A stretch of 64,000 nt of DNA from an uncultured Rikenellaceae bacterium (GCA_947040435.1 CAMRBL010000001.1:8440-72439), one strand, 5' to 3'. Numbered from the stretch's first letter, positions 20,442-30,587 are shown. Program-made: numbers and translations. Notes: generated by a model from the letters alone, not told the origin.

Positions 20442-21500
20442 TTACTCCTCTTTATCTTCGTCCACCTCTTTAGGCAAGATCTCTATAGAAAATATCAGTG
20501 GAGTATATGGTTGAATTACAGTCGCACCATCAGTATCCCCCCTATATCCATAGCCATACTTCGATGTGAATACCATATTAAACTTACAACCAAATCTAAG
20601 TGTATCAGTTGCTACAATTGTTTTGAATGCTTGAATTTCTCCCGACGTTTCAGAATAACTACCAAGTGTACCAGCAATCGCTTGATTCCACTCTATTAGA
20701 GCAGTATCAGGATAGTTAGTATCAATAATAAATCCATCTAACGTTCTCGCAACATACTTATATTTAAATGAAGATCCAGTCTTAATAGTATCACTCATAG
20801 TAGCTCCCGAGTAATCAATCTCAGCATAAAAGTTTGGTGCAATCGTATCTCTTTCACTCTCCACTCCTGCATAATTAGCCTTTGCATAGTCATATACATT
20901 CTTATTTTCATAGGCCGTAATACTCCTAACACTCATCATAGCAACCATTCTTATTATTGCCGGTTTATTAGGATTGATTACAACCGTTCCGTTGTATCCC
21001 CAAGTGAATCCAAACATAGCATTTCCACTACCAAAGTCACCGTATGCAACACTAGATGGCATAATAAGTTCAACCTCTTGCCCAACTTTCATCGTCTTCA
21101 ACGCCTCATATTGACCCGGAGTTACACCACTACTATCTTTAACTACACGTACTAATTGTGGAGTGTAGTGTGTTCTAGGACTAAATACACCCTGGTCAAA
21201 TATACGTCTAGCGACATCTTCATACCTATTAGCATAAATATCCCCCTGTAAGTTAGACCCAACATAGTTCAGCAATATCCATGAACCATCATTAATCCCC
21301 TCTGCTCCAGCTTCTGCCTCTTTCAACGTTGAGATATACATACCGTCTTTAAACTTTTTAGCGTTAGGTCTATTCAACTTAACCCACTCATCAACAGAAG
21401 CTTGCTCTACAATATTAGGCTTTTCTGATGTTGTCTCTGCACATGAAAACATGGCAACTACGAATAAAGATAAAAACAGCGTTTTAATAGTATGTTTCAT
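20442..21500 (-). CDS. Lipoprotein with two FKBP-type peptidyl-prolyl isomerase-like domains
   Basis: Lipobox (AMFSC). Contains FKBP-like segments (GQYEALKTMKVGQEVELIMPSSVAYGDFG and ...KYGYGYRGD...IQPYTPLIFSIEIL). Confidence 0.6.
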   Translation of the reverse strand: MKHTIKTLFLSLFVVAMFSCAETTSEKPNIVEQASVDEWVKLNRPNAKKFKDGMYISTLKEAEAGAEGINDGSWILLNYVGSNLQGDIYANRYEDVARRIFDQGVFSPRTHYTPQLVRVVKDSSGVTPGQYEALKTMKVGQEVELIMPSSVAYGDFGSGNAMFGFTWGYNGTVVINPNKPAIIRMVAMMSVRSITAYENKNVYDYAKANYAGVESERDTIAPNFYAEIDYSGATMSDTIKTGSSFKYKYVARTLDGFIIDTNYPDTALIEWNQAIAGTLGSYSETSGEIQAFKTIVATDTLRFGCKFNMVFTSKYGYGYRGDTDGATVIQPYTPLIFSIEILPKEVDEDKEE

Positions 21501-21506
21501 ATATTA

Positions 21507-22043
21507 TTATTTTAAATCTATGATATTAAGTATGTAAAGTATTGCGCTATTACTGCCAATCCCATCAATAGGCTTATCACCATATGCTAGGTCAGACGTT
21601 ATGTACAAGTGGATAGAGTCTCCAACTCGACAGTCAGGTAATCCATATTCAAGCCCTTCAATCAGACCTGAGTTCCCAACCGACACTCTAAGAGGTTTAA
21701 GATTCCAAAACTTCGAATTTAGCCCCTCCTCGGCATCTACTAGCCACTTTTTATTTGTATAAAACCACTCTTCATTCGGAGCAGAGCTAAAGGTATACGC
21801 TTCAAAGTTAAATACTAAAGAGTCTCCAGCCTTTGAGTCAACGAGCTCATCCCTACCGTATCTATCGATATTTAGAATAGACTTATAAACACCATTGACA
21901 TTAGTATATTCAACATCTTTACTATCCAGATATTTAACAATAGACTCTCTCTGGTTAGGTAAAATGTCTGCGTCTGACCCACAAGAGTAAGTCAGACACA
22001 GAGTAGCACTTATAATAAATATAGTAAAGACAAACGTCCTCAT
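21507..22043 (-). CDS. FKBP-type peptidyl-prolyl isomerase-like lipoprotein
   Basis: Lipobox (LTYSC) and the C-terminal motif GLIEGLEYGLPDCRVGDSIHLYITSDLAYGDKPIDGIGSNSAILYILNI. Confidence 0.6.
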   Translation of the reverse strand: MRTFVFTIFIISATLCLTYSCGSDADILPNQRESIVKYLDSKDVEYTNVNGVYKSILNIDRYGRDELVDSKAGDSLVFNFEAYTFSSAPNEEWFYTNKKWLVDAEEGLNSKFWNLKPLRVSVGNSGLIEGLEYGLPDCRVGDSIHLYITSDLAYGDKPIDGIGSNSAILYILNIIDLK

Positions 22044-22202
22044 TTAATTCTCTTTCATCGTCAATAATTATAGCATAACTCCATACTGACTCAATTAAAA
22101 AACACTTTATACAACTCTACAAACCTACATCTTTTTTTTGCCAAAAGCAAGTAATACAAGTTCTGCTCCCATAGAGAACAACAAAGAGTCCTATTTTATT
22201 GT

Positions 22203-24434
22203 CTATTCACCTCTTTTTTCAAGAAAATACTTTTGACTCTTCAATAGATTTCTAGATTGCAATACCATAGTTTTAGTCTCGTTCAAGATATTTAGGTATA
22301 GAATACTAGATTTAGTACTTGTTGTCTTAGTCTTAATACGTCTTAATTGAACCTTAATTGCATCAGCTATTAGTTCAAATAAACCATCTTTAAGTTGTAG
22401 TACAGCCTCAATATTATCAAAATTCTGACTCTGTAACATCACATTAATCTTGTCATATATAATAGACACCTGATCGTTGATTCTAATCAAATCATCAACT
22501 TGATCCTTATTAAGTCCTTCGTGGTTATTATCAATATGGTCGAAAGCAGGGCGAGTAATGTGTACTAATGCTTTTGTCACTTCACTCATATAATCTACAA
22601 CTTGTACATAGAAGTGACCTGTATCAACATAGCTCTCTTCTAATTGTTTAATTGTAGACAACACCTCATACTTACGCTCTCTAGCTGCATAGTATAGCTC
22701 ATTTGCCTCTTTAACAAGAGCTTTCAATGCTTTTCTATCCTCTGTGAAAACACCATCCAAAGTCTCTTTGTATATACGTATCGCAGCAACCATTGTCTCT
22801 GTTACCTCAGCATTACAAATCGCAACGATATCTCCACCCTCTTGGTTTGCATTCATGCGCTTATTATGAGAAGTAGATTTTGCCTCTCTTTTTTTGTGAA
22901 TGATACTACTTTGAATAAATAAATAGACACACAATATTGCAATAGCTATAATAGCGATAGTTCCACCATACATCAATGCCAAACCGATAACATAAGCGAT
23001 AATAAATGCTATAACAGCAGTCAAGAACCATCCAGATATAACGGTCAACACACCAGTTACTCTATAAACAGCACTCTCTCTTCCCCAAGCCCTATCGGAT
23101 AGAGAAGATCCCATCGCAACCATAAACGTAACATATGTTGTTGATAACGGCAATTTTAATGATGTTGCAATAGCTATAAGAATAGATGCCAACGTTAAGT
23201 TAACCGTCGCACGAATCAAATCAAAGTGAACGTGATCTGCTCCATCAACATCTGACATCGGTTCAAATCTTCTTTCAATAGAGTCTTGGATCTTCTTAGG
23301 AACTACTTTTTCGTATTTCTTATTTATACTAAGAGCTAAACGAACAACAGATCTAGAGAAAAGTGTTGATCCAAATCTCTCTGTACCTTCATCTTTTTTC
23401 GCAAGATTAATCTCCGTTTCTGTAACACTTTCTGCTTTTTTAGAGAACCACAATGTCAATACCATAACGATACCTGCAATTGCTAAGAACCAAGAGTTTG
23501 CCTTTATAGGGTTATTTAACGCCCCCATCAACATATTTGGATCGCCAACCTCAGATGCAATTCTAAAAGAGTCATACCCTGCAATAGGAACTCCAATAAA
23601 GTTTACTAAATCATTACCAGCAAATGCTAGAGAGAGTGAGAATGTTCCAGCAAGAATAGTTATTTTAAGTATATTTATCTTGAATAAGTGTTGTAATATC
23701 GCCATTAGGGCACTACAAGTAGCCCATATTAATAGTAGTGATTGCCCTAAATTATTCGATATATAAGACATGAGCTCAGGACTAATTATACCCGATGATT
23801 TCATCCCTTTGAATATTGCGAAATATGCTATTGCAGTAAATGCAATACCGCACCAAAAAGCACCTAATTTAGAGAATATTTTGTGGTATCTAAACGTGAA
23901 TATCATCCTAGTGGTGTACATTACAATTGCACCAGTAATGAACGCAACGACAACAGAGACCAATATTGCGGAGATAATAACCATCGCCTTACCAGAGTTT
24001 ATAAACTTAGATAAGTCATTTAAAGTTAGTGAATCGTCTCCTGAGATCTTTATTGTAGCGACAGCGATAGCTGCACCCAATAGTCCAAATACTAATGAAA
24101 CCGTTGTAGAAGTTGGTAATCCGAATGTATTGAATAGGTCTAATAGAATTACATTTGCAAACATTACTGCTAAAAATAGCATCATAATCTCTTGGAAGGA
24201 GAATGCGGCGGGGTAAAAAACGCCACTACGTGCAACCTCCATCATTCCACTCGAAGTAAGTGCCCCAATCATAATACCTAATGATGCAATAATTAATATT
24301 ACATACTTAGGCGCTGCCTTAGAGCCGATTGCAGAGTTCATAAAGTTTACTGCATCATTTGCGACACCGACAACTAGACCTGAAACTGCAAGGGCCATCA
24401 GAATGCCCACAATTAAAAAATAGATACTATCCAT
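22203..24434 (-). CDS. Inorganic phosphate transporter (PiT/PHO4 family) with a C-terminal cytoplasmic helical (PhoU-like) extension
   Basis: GVANDAVNFMNSAIG and the repeated GNDLVNFIGVP motifs are PiT signatures. The last roughly 230 aa are soluble and helical. Confidence 0.8.
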   Translation of the reverse strand: MDSIYFLIVGILMALAVSGLVVGVANDAVNFMNSAIGSKAAPKYVILIIASLGIMIGALTSSGMMEVARSGVFYPAAFSFQEIMMLFLAVMFANVILLDLFNTFGLPTSTTVSLVFGLLGAAIAVATIKISGDDSLTLNDLSKFINSGKAMVIISAILVSVVVAFITGAIVMYTTRMIFTFRYHKIFSKLGAFWCGIAFTAIAYFAIFKGMKSSGIISPELMSYISNNLGQSLLLIWATCSALMAILQHLFKINILKITILAGTFSLSLAFAGNDLVNFIGVPIAGYDSFRIASEVGDPNMLMGALNNPIKANSWFLAIAGIVMVLTLWFSKKAESVTETEINLAKKDEGTERFGSTLFSRSVVRLALSINKKYEKVVPKKIQDSIERRFEPMSDVDGADHVHFDLIRATVNLTLASILIAIATSLKLPLSTTYVTFMVAMGSSLSDRAWGRESAVYRVTGVLTVISGWFLTAVIAFIIAYVIGLALMYGGTIAIIAIAILCVYLFIQSSIIHKKREAKSTSHNKRMNANQEGGDIVAICNAEVTETMVAAIRIYKETLDGVFTEDRKALKALVKEANELYYAARERKYEVLSTIKQLEESYVDTGHFYVQVVDYMSEVTKALVHITRPAFDHIDNNHEGLNKDQVDDLIRINDQVSIIYDKINVMLQSQNFDNIEAVLQLKDGLFELIADAIKVQLRRIKTKTTSTKSSILYLNILNETKTMVLQSRNLLKSQKYFLEKRGE

Positions 24435-24756
24435 AAATAGGGTTTAAGTTAAATTAATATAAATTTACACTTCTTACAAATTATTATAATTTTGCATGAC
24501 TTTCATACAAAGCAGTTATTTCGAGAGCAAAACTAATAACATTTTTCATTTAATAGTACTCTTTTATCTTTTATTAACAATTCCTTAATACTTATGCAAT
24601 AAAAAAACATCATAAATGTAGCAAAGAAATATCATAAAACTAACTTTTACGGCGACTTTTATAAAACATTCGTAAAAGCGATCTTATCAACTACTATCAA
24701 AATATCTCCTAGTGAGTTAATACATAGCTAGTTCTACATCTGATGAGAAAACACTA

Positions 24757-25359
24757 CTACAATTTCTTTAGCGACATTCTGATTATCTGCTCAACTGTTG
24801 AGTCTGGATTATCCTTTATCATAGATTTTATAACCTTATCTGAACTATTTCTAGCAAATCCAAGCATCGTAAGCGCTGCAATTGCCTCATCGTATATCTG
24901 AGAATTAGCACCTACCTTATCTTTGCCTAACATTGAAAGGGTATCACGACCATCTCCAACAATCTTATCTTTTAACTCAACAATTATCTTTTGAGCTGTT
25001 TTCATCCCTAGACCTTTAACATTTTTGAGCAAGGTCGCATTCTCGTCACAAATAATATTAGCTAATTCAGCAGACTTATATGTAGAGAGGATCATTCTTG
25101 CAGTTCCTCCTCCAACTCCAGAGACACTTATTAGTAAGCGAAAGTGTTCTCGCTCCAACTTTGTCGCAAATCCATATAATACCTGTGCATCCTCGCGAAC
25201 AATATAGTGAGAATAGAGTCTAACGCTAGTTTTGTGCTCTATTTCAGAGAACGTTTGCAATGAAATATTTAAGAAATACCCTACTCCACCACAATTTATT
25301 ACAGCACATGCTGGGGTCAATTCAGCTACTGAACCCTCAAAAAATTCATACATACTCAA
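24757..25359 (-). CDS. ruvA: Holliday junction branch migration complex subunit RuvA
   Basis: M(Y)EFFEG.V....P....I.CGGVGY.L.IS..T N-terminus and HhH motifs (LISVSGVGGGTA, VKGLGMKTAQKII). Confidence 0.9.
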   Translation of the reverse strand: MSMYEFFEGSVAELTPACAVINCGGVGYFLNISLQTFSEIEHKTSVRLYSHYIVREDAQVLYGFATKLEREHFRLLISVSGVGGGTARMILSTYKSAELANIICDENATLLKNVKGLGMKTAQKIIVELKDKIVGDGRDTLSMLGKDKVGANSQIYDEAIAALTMLGFARNSSDKVIKSMIKDNPDSTVEQIIRMSLKKL

Positions 25360-25496
25360 AAAATAATTTTATATCAAATATTATATATCGGAACAAATCT
25401 ACCAAAATAATTCCACAAGACATATTTTTTATAAATCTTTTACACTTTGCAATAGCACTATTCCACCATAATATATGATAATACACAATAAATTAA

Positions 25497-25504
25497 TATC
25501 TTTG
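25497..25504 (+). promoter_or_regulatory. -7 box TATCTTTG upstream of the OmpH/Skp gene
   Basis: TAnnTTTG match about 60 nt before the ATG at 25566. Confidence 0.3.
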
Positions 25505-25565
25505 TATTTCGAATAATTACACCGTTTAAAGTAAAATATATTAAAACCTAAAAATAAAAAAAGTT

Positions 25566-26186
25566 ATGAAAAAGTCATTTATTGTAGTATTTTCAACTAT
25601 TGCAACACTATTTGCAGGAGGATTAGTATCTTGTAACTCAGCTGCGACAACAAACACAACAACAACTCCACAGACAACAACTGTTGCTGTTCCTACTTCA
25701 ACTTCTGCGACAACTATCCCTGTTGCATATCTTAACATTGACTCTCTAGTTAGCGCATACGACCTATACAGAGATCTACGCGGCACATACGAAACAAAAG
25801 CAGCGAAGGTTGAAAAAGAACTAACTTCTAAAAGTCGTAGTTTTGAAAATGATGTACTTAAATTCCAAGAGAAGGTTGAAAAAGGTCTTGTTACTAGATC
25901 TCAAGCTGCTACAATGGAACAAGGGCTACAAAAAAAACAACAAGAATTTGTTAAAAACAGAGATCTTCTACTACAAGGAATGGCTGAAGAGGAGAGAGTT
26001 ATGTTGAATAACATCCAATACAACATTGTGGAGTACCTAAAGGAGTTCAATGCAGACAAGCGTTACGGTGTAATCCTTAGCACTACTGCTGCTGGTCCAG
26101 TTTTGAATGCTGACCCATCTCTAAATATCACAACTATAGTTCTTGACGGACTTAACAAAAAATATGCTGCTGAGAATAAAAAATAA
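25566..26186 (+). CDS. OmpH/Skp family periplasmic chaperone with a Thr-rich linker
   Basis: Lipoprotein-type signal, TTTTPQTTT linker, then a coiled-coil region (…FENDVLKFQEKVEKG…QQEFVKNRD…) typical of OmpH. Confidence 0.7.
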   Translation: MKKSFIVVFSTIATLFAGGLVSCNSAATTNTTTTPQTTTVAVPTSTSATTIPVAYLNIDSLVSAYDLYRDLRGTYETKAAKVEKELTSKSRSFENDVLKFQEKVEKGLVTRSQAATMEQGLQKKQQEFVKNRDLLLQGMAEEERVMLNNIQYNIVEYLKEFNADKRYGVILSTTAAGPVLNADPSLNITTIVLDGLNKKYAAENKK

Positions 26187-26253
26187 TCTCGATAATAACA
26201 CTAGGTCTAAAGAAATTGAGCTAGTAGCAGACAATGCATAGTAACAGATAACA

Positions 26254-26308
26254 AGTAGGCTGTTTGATACTCACTTTAAGTGGATATTAAACAGCCTACT
26301 TTTTTTTT
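26254..26308 (+). terminator. Intrinsic terminator after the OmpH/Skp gene
   Basis: 12-bp stem AGTAGGCTGTTT / AAACAGCCTACT followed by a T8 run. Confidence 0.75.
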
Positions 26309-26618
26309 AAATTACTGATTTTTGAACTACTCTGATAATTAAGGATATGAAATAAATCACAACTCCATAAATAACAGAAACTAGCGAGACTCTAAACGCT
26401 CCAACAATAAGTGCAAGCGAGATGTCTGGCATCTCAATAATCGCACTGCAAGCTATAAAAACACCATATAGTTGCATTGTAACTCCGAACACCATAGCAA
26501 GGAGTCCAATCTCTTTAACCAAAGCGGGAACTCTCCATGCGACAAGAAATAGAGATATTAGAAAAAGCGTTAAAACACCCATGACGAATGGGTTGCCAGC
26601 ATTAAATAATTGTATCAT
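26307..26618 (-). CDS. Small 3-TM membrane protein, family not recognised
   Basis: 103 aa, almost entirely hydrophobic helices. Transcribed divergently from the LytTR gene. Confidence 0.45.
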   Translation of the reverse strand: MIQLFNAGNPFVMGVLTLFLISLFLVAWRVPALVKEIGLLAMVFGVTMQLYGVFIACSAIIEMPDISLALIVGAFRVSLVSVIYGVVIYFISLIIRVVQKSVI

Positions 26619-26772
26619 AATTTTTATAGATTAGTGTATAGCAAATGTAAGTGGAAGTGATATAACAACCTAATTCAAATCCATCTATTGAGATGTCGAA
26701 TCCATTCAATGCTACACTTAAACACGGTTTATAAGATAAAAAAATTATTTTTGCCCCATAAATTTACATAAA

Positions 26773-27465
26773 ATGAAAAAGATTATATATTTTGAACTCT
26801 CATACTGGTTTGTAGTATTACTAATTTTAACCTTTATAACCAAGAGCCTTGCCTACTCATTTGGAGCATCATTCTTTATAGCGTCAGCAATACTCTTGGG
26901 GGTGGTTATAGGTAGAGTTATGTACAAAAAAATTGAATCTAAAAGTAGACGACTGTGGATATTAAACTCTATATATCTAGCTTTAGCTATTTTATTTATT
27001 GAATACCTTGCAATAACTCTTGTACACCTATACCTACCTCTATTGCAGACGGAACAGTGTCCAGAGATATTAATTAATCCTTTTTTCCTATGGATAATAT
27101 CAATTGCTTTTATTATTATTGCTGAGATACTATCAAAGAGACTATTATCTAATGCTGAGCCAGCAAAGTATATTGAATTTACGTCGGATAGAAAGAAGGT
27201 TAAATTATTAGTTGATTCCATTATACTAATTGAATCTAACGGAGATGAGGTAGTAGTTAGAACAATATTGCAAACTTCATTTCGGACGAAGTTGAAAATT
27301 TCACATTGGGAGACTAAACTAGATAGTAGATTTATCAGAGTGCATCGCTCGTACATTGTGAATAAAAATCATGTGGTCGATGCTAATTCCACAGAAGTAA
27401 GAGTAGGTGATTATGTAATTCCAATCTCAAGGAAATACAGAGAGTGTAATCCTATGTGTGAATAA
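26773..27465 (+). CDS. Membrane-anchored LytTR-family DNA-binding protein
   Basis: About 125 aa of N-terminal TM helices, then a LytTR domain (…ILIESNGDEVVVRT…FIRVHRSYIVNKNHV…). A TATTTTTG -7 box lies at 26746-26753. Confidence 0.75.
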   Translation: MKKIIYFELSYWFVVLLILTFITKSLAYSFGASFFIASAILLGVVIGRVMYKKIESKSRRLWILNSIYLALAILFIEYLAITLVHLYLPLLQTEQCPEILINPFFLWIISIAFIIIAEILSKRLLSNAEPAKYIEFTSDRKKVKLLVDSIILIESNGDEVVVRTILQTSFRTKLKISHWETKLDSRFIRVHRSYIVNKNHVVDANSTEVRVGDYVIPISRKYRECNPMCE

Positions 27466-27602
27466 TAAAAATAGGGTTATATTACTACAACTCAGCCCTA
27501 CTCTATCAAAAAAACTTATTTATTTAATAGTGATACATCACATATTTTTTATATATTTGTATATATAGCGTAGTAGTACCAAATAATTTAATAACTATTA
27601 TT

Positions 27603-28157
27603 ATGAATAACTATTTTTATATAGATCAAGATGGGGCTCAACATGGACCATTACCTTTAAGTCAATTGATTGAGAAAAAATGTATACGCCCTGAAACAAT
27701 GGTATGGAACAGCTCTCTTGTAGATTGGCAAAGAGCTGATAGCGTAGATGAATTGAGTGAGTGCTTACGAGAGAGTACGCCGCCGCCTATTTCAGATAAC
27801 AACTCGTACGACAGTAAAACTCAACAAAGACCGTATCAATATCAAAACTATCAGAATCAAATACCTCTAAGACCTGAAAATTGGCTTGTATGGAATATAC
27901 TCGCAACTATTCTATGCTGCGGTTTAATCCCGGGTATTGTTGGTATTATATACTCTAGTAAAGTTGATAATTACTGGGCGATGGGACTACACAATGAAGC
28001 GATGAGAGCAGCGAATACAGCTAAAATCATGTTCTTCATATCACTGGGATTATATGGCTTAACAGCACTTTGGAATATTGGCTCACTATTTGCACTATTT
28101 GGCCTCAGCAATGGCGTGTTTAATATGATGCATATTAATGAGTTTCCATTCAACTAG
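27603..28157 (+). CDS. GYF_2 (DUF4339)-CD225/dispanin family membrane protein
   Basis: N-terminal YFYIDQDGAQHGPLPLSQL.....RPETMVWNSSLVDWQRA is GYF_2-like. C-terminal NWLVWNILATILCCGLIPGIVGIIYSSKV is the CD225 signature. A TATATTTG -7 box lies at 27552-27559. Confidence 0.75.
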   Translation: MNNYFYIDQDGAQHGPLPLSQLIEKKCIRPETMVWNSSLVDWQRADSVDELSECLRESTPPPISDNNSYDSKTQQRPYQYQNYQNQIPLRPENWLVWNILATILCCGLIPGIVGIIYSSKVDNYWAMGLHNEAMRAANTAKIMFFISLGLYGLTALWNIGSLFALFGLSNGVFNMMHINEFPFN

Positions 28158-28188
28158 TTATGACCCTAACAGATAAAGGGTATTAACA

Positions 28189-28578
28189 ATGAGTCCTAAA
28201 AGCAAGATATTAATCACCACTCTACTTATTACAAGTGGGGCGGTACTTTACATACTATATAAGAAATTTGATCCTAGTGATAGTGTATATGCACCAAAAT
28301 GCATATCATACACCACATTTAATATTATATGTCCTGGATGTGGCGTACAAAGAGCCGCACACTCAATTCTAAACGGGGAGATAATGAAAGGTATATACTT
28401 CAATCCGTTGATTGTGCTATCTATACCCTATGTTCTTTTACTGATGTTAATGGAGCTATTCAAATTTAAATATAAGCTACCAAAGTTATATATAACTCTT
28501 TACGGAGAGAAGTCTATATGGATAGTGTTAGTTATATTAGTTCTGTACACACTTTTACGCAATATATTTCAGTTTTAG
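28189..28578 (+). CDS. DUF2752 domain membrane protein
   Basis: CPGCGVQRAAHSILNGE motif followed by TM helices. Confidence 0.7.
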   Translation: MSPKSKILITTLLITSGAVLYILYKKFDPSDSVYAPKCISYTTFNIICPGCGVQRAAHSILNGEIMKGIYFNPLIVLSIPYVLLLMLMELFKFKYKLPKLYITLYGEKSIWIVLVILVLYTLLRNIFQF

Positions 28579-28583
28579 CAAAA

Positions 28584-28630
28584 AAAGCAGTTTTCAGAAA
28601 AGATTATAACTCTTTTCTGAAAACTGCTTT
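28584..28630. terminator. Bidirectional intrinsic terminator
   Basis: Perfect 19-bp stem AAAGCAGTTTTCAGAAAAG / CTTTTCTGAAAACTGCTTT with a 9-nt loop, between convergent genes. Confidence 0.8.
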
Positions 28631-28648
28631 TATTATATTACAATAAAA

Positions 28649-29527
28649 TTACTGCTTTATCATATTTAGGAATATTTGAGGCGTTCTTGTCTCAAAATCC
28701 ATCTCTTCTCCTGTTACAGGGTGAGTAATATTCAATACGTAAGCGTGCAAACAAACTCGGTTTATCTTGCTACTCGCAGCACCATACTTCTTATCCCCAA
28801 CAATCGGAGCTTTCATATACTCCATATGAACACGGATCTGATTCTTCTTTCCAGTCTCCAACTCTAGTTCTACAAGAGTATTCTCTTTACCTGTCTTCAA
28901 GACCTTATATCTCGTGATTGCCAACTCTCCCTCTGAAGAGTCATTCGGCACGTACATCTTTAGAGCTTTATTCTCGACCAATTGAGTTCTTATCTCTCCG
29001 CTTTTCTCAGCAAAGTGACCCTCCACAACAGCAACATATCTTCTCTCTCTTACCAATGTATGCCATCCCTTCTGCATTGTAGATTGAACCTCTTCACTCT
29101 TTGCAAACATCATCAAACCTGAAGTCTCACGATCTAGTCTATGAAGAATAAACAATCTATTATTGGGATCTGCCAACTTAATATAATCACTTAGAATATA
29201 GTAAGCCGTCTTCTCTCTCTGCTTATCCGTTGCCATTGACAATAGACCGTTTCTCTTATCAATAACAATAATATGTTTATCTTCAAAAACAATCCTAAGC
29301 ATTGGGTGCTTCAATTCAAGAGGAGCTCGTCCCGTGCGCACACGCACAACATCACCCTCTTTAAGTCCAAGGTCAAATTGTGTTGTTATTATATTATTTA
29401 CAGATACTTGTCTGTGTGTAAGGTACGATTTAATAGTCGTACGACTCTGATTCTTTATATTCTCAATAAGGCAGGGCATAAGTGTCGTTGCCTCTGGGAT
29501 ATTGAATTCATGAACTTTATCAGCCAT
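28649..29527 (-). CDS. RluA-family 23S rRNA/tRNA pseudouridine synthase with N-terminal S4 domain
   Basis: HRLDRETSGLMMFAKS catalytic motif and an S4-like N-terminus (LTHRQVSVNN...KEGDVVRV). Confidence 0.85.
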   Translation of the reverse strand: MADKVHEFNIPEATTLMPCLIENIKNQSRTTIKSYLTHRQVSVNNIITTQFDLGLKEGDVVRVRTGRAPLELKHPMLRIVFEDKHIIVIDKRNGLLSMATDKQREKTAYYILSDYIKLADPNNRLFILHRLDRETSGLMMFAKSEEVQSTMQKGWHTLVRERRYVAVVEGHFAEKSGEIRTQLVENKALKMYVPNDSSEGELAITRYKVLKTGKENTLVELELETGKKNQIRVHMEYMKAPIVGDKKYGAASSKINRVCLHAYVLNITHPVTGEEMDFETRTPQIFLNMIKQ

Positions 29528-29563
29528 GTGTAGTGGTATTAGTAAGCTACAAAAGTAGTGTAT

Positions 29564-29616
29564 AAAACGAAGTTTCCAAAGAAGTTAGATTAAACTTCTT
29601 TGGAAACTTCATTTTT
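29564..29616. repeat. Palindromic intergenic element, full copy (family with 56041-56096)
   Basis: Perfect 18-bp arms GAAGTTTCCAAAGAAGTT (29569-29586) / AACTTCTTTGGAAACTTC (29593-29610), 6-nt loop, with flanks AAAAC/ATTTTT. It lies directly 3' of the META gene pair. Confidence 0.7.
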
Positions 29617-29699
29617 CAGCTATAAGAACCTAATTTAATAGAGCTATCCAACGTGGAGAACTCTACTTAATCGCATTCAAATAGACATATCTTGTTGAG

Positions 29700-30128
29700 T
29701 TATTTAACCGCAGTTCCTGCTTCAAATATTGCAACTTGCTCGCCATCTGAGAACAGAGACATTAGTTTGCCATCAATCTTAAATGCATCAACCTTAGTAA
29801 GCATCATAATAAATTCACTCTCCATTGATTGGTCTGGACACATCATTCTTGTTCCTGCAACTTTAGAGATTGTAAGTTTACCATCTTTCTCAGCAAAGCT
29901 ACCCATCAATCTATTGCAATCTCCTCTACCAGAAATGTTTCCTTTTTCATGAAACTTCAAGCTATATCCATCTTTTGCATCAAAGCTAGCACCTTCATAC
30001 TGTACCATACTCCAATCTGTTCCAAGGAGTGGTTTTGCATCCTTACTCTTGCTCTTCTTACATGGACAACACGAAATAATCAATAGACTAATTCCAAGTG
30101 TTAATAATCCTTTAAATAGATTTTTCAT
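29700..30128 (-). CDS. META (HslJ-like) domain lipoprotein
   Basis: Lipobox region (LLIISCC) and the META pattern L.GT.W.......SG..DCNR..G.F......L.I......T.M.CP. Confidence 0.7.
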   Translation of the reverse strand: MKNLFKGLLTLGISLLIISCCPCKKSKSKDAKPLLGTDWSMVQYEGASFDAKDGYSLKFHEKGNISGRGDCNRLMGSFAEKDGKLTISKVAGTRMMCPDQSMESEFIMMLTKVDAFKIDGKLMSLFSDGEQVAIFEAGTAVK

Positions 30129-30143
30129 AAGTTCTAAGTTTAA

Positions 30144-30587
30144 TTATTTTTTTGTTGGGACGAAAATAAAGGTAACATCACCATTAGAGTTACTCATAAC
30201 TAATTTATCCTCTTCTGCGATAAATTTTGTCACTTTTTCAAGGGCTACGATATAACTATCTTCAAATGCTAGTGTTGGACACATAGCCATAGTACGTCCC
30301 TTTGTCTCAATTGAGATTACATCCTCATCTTCTGATGTAGCCTCTGTTCCAAATGTACCAAAATACTGGTTGCAACCACCATTACCAGCAAATGTTGTTG
30401 AGTCACTGAATGCAATAGTAACCACACTCTCATTGCTTAGTGGAAGTCCAACAACTTCAGTAACAACACTGTCTAAAGTCCACTCTGTTGCTACAAGATT
30501 CTCTAAATTTGTTCTCTTACTATCAGTACAACTAATAATAGTTGCTCCAATTGCCAATACCATAATAAATTTTGTAATGCTCTTCAT
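30144..30587 (-). CDS. META (HslJ-like) domain lipoprotein, tandem paralog
   Basis: Lipobox (TIISC) and the same META pattern (…WTLDSV…AGNGGCNQYFGTF…RTMAMCP…). Confidence 0.7.
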   Translation of the reverse strand: MKSITKFIMVLAIGATIISCTDSKRTNLENLVATEWTLDSVVTEVVGLPLSNESVVTIAFSDSTTFAGNGGCNQYFGTFGTEATSEDEDVISIETKGRTMAMCPTLAFEDSYIVALEKVTKFIAEEDKLVMSNSNGDVTFIFVPTKK

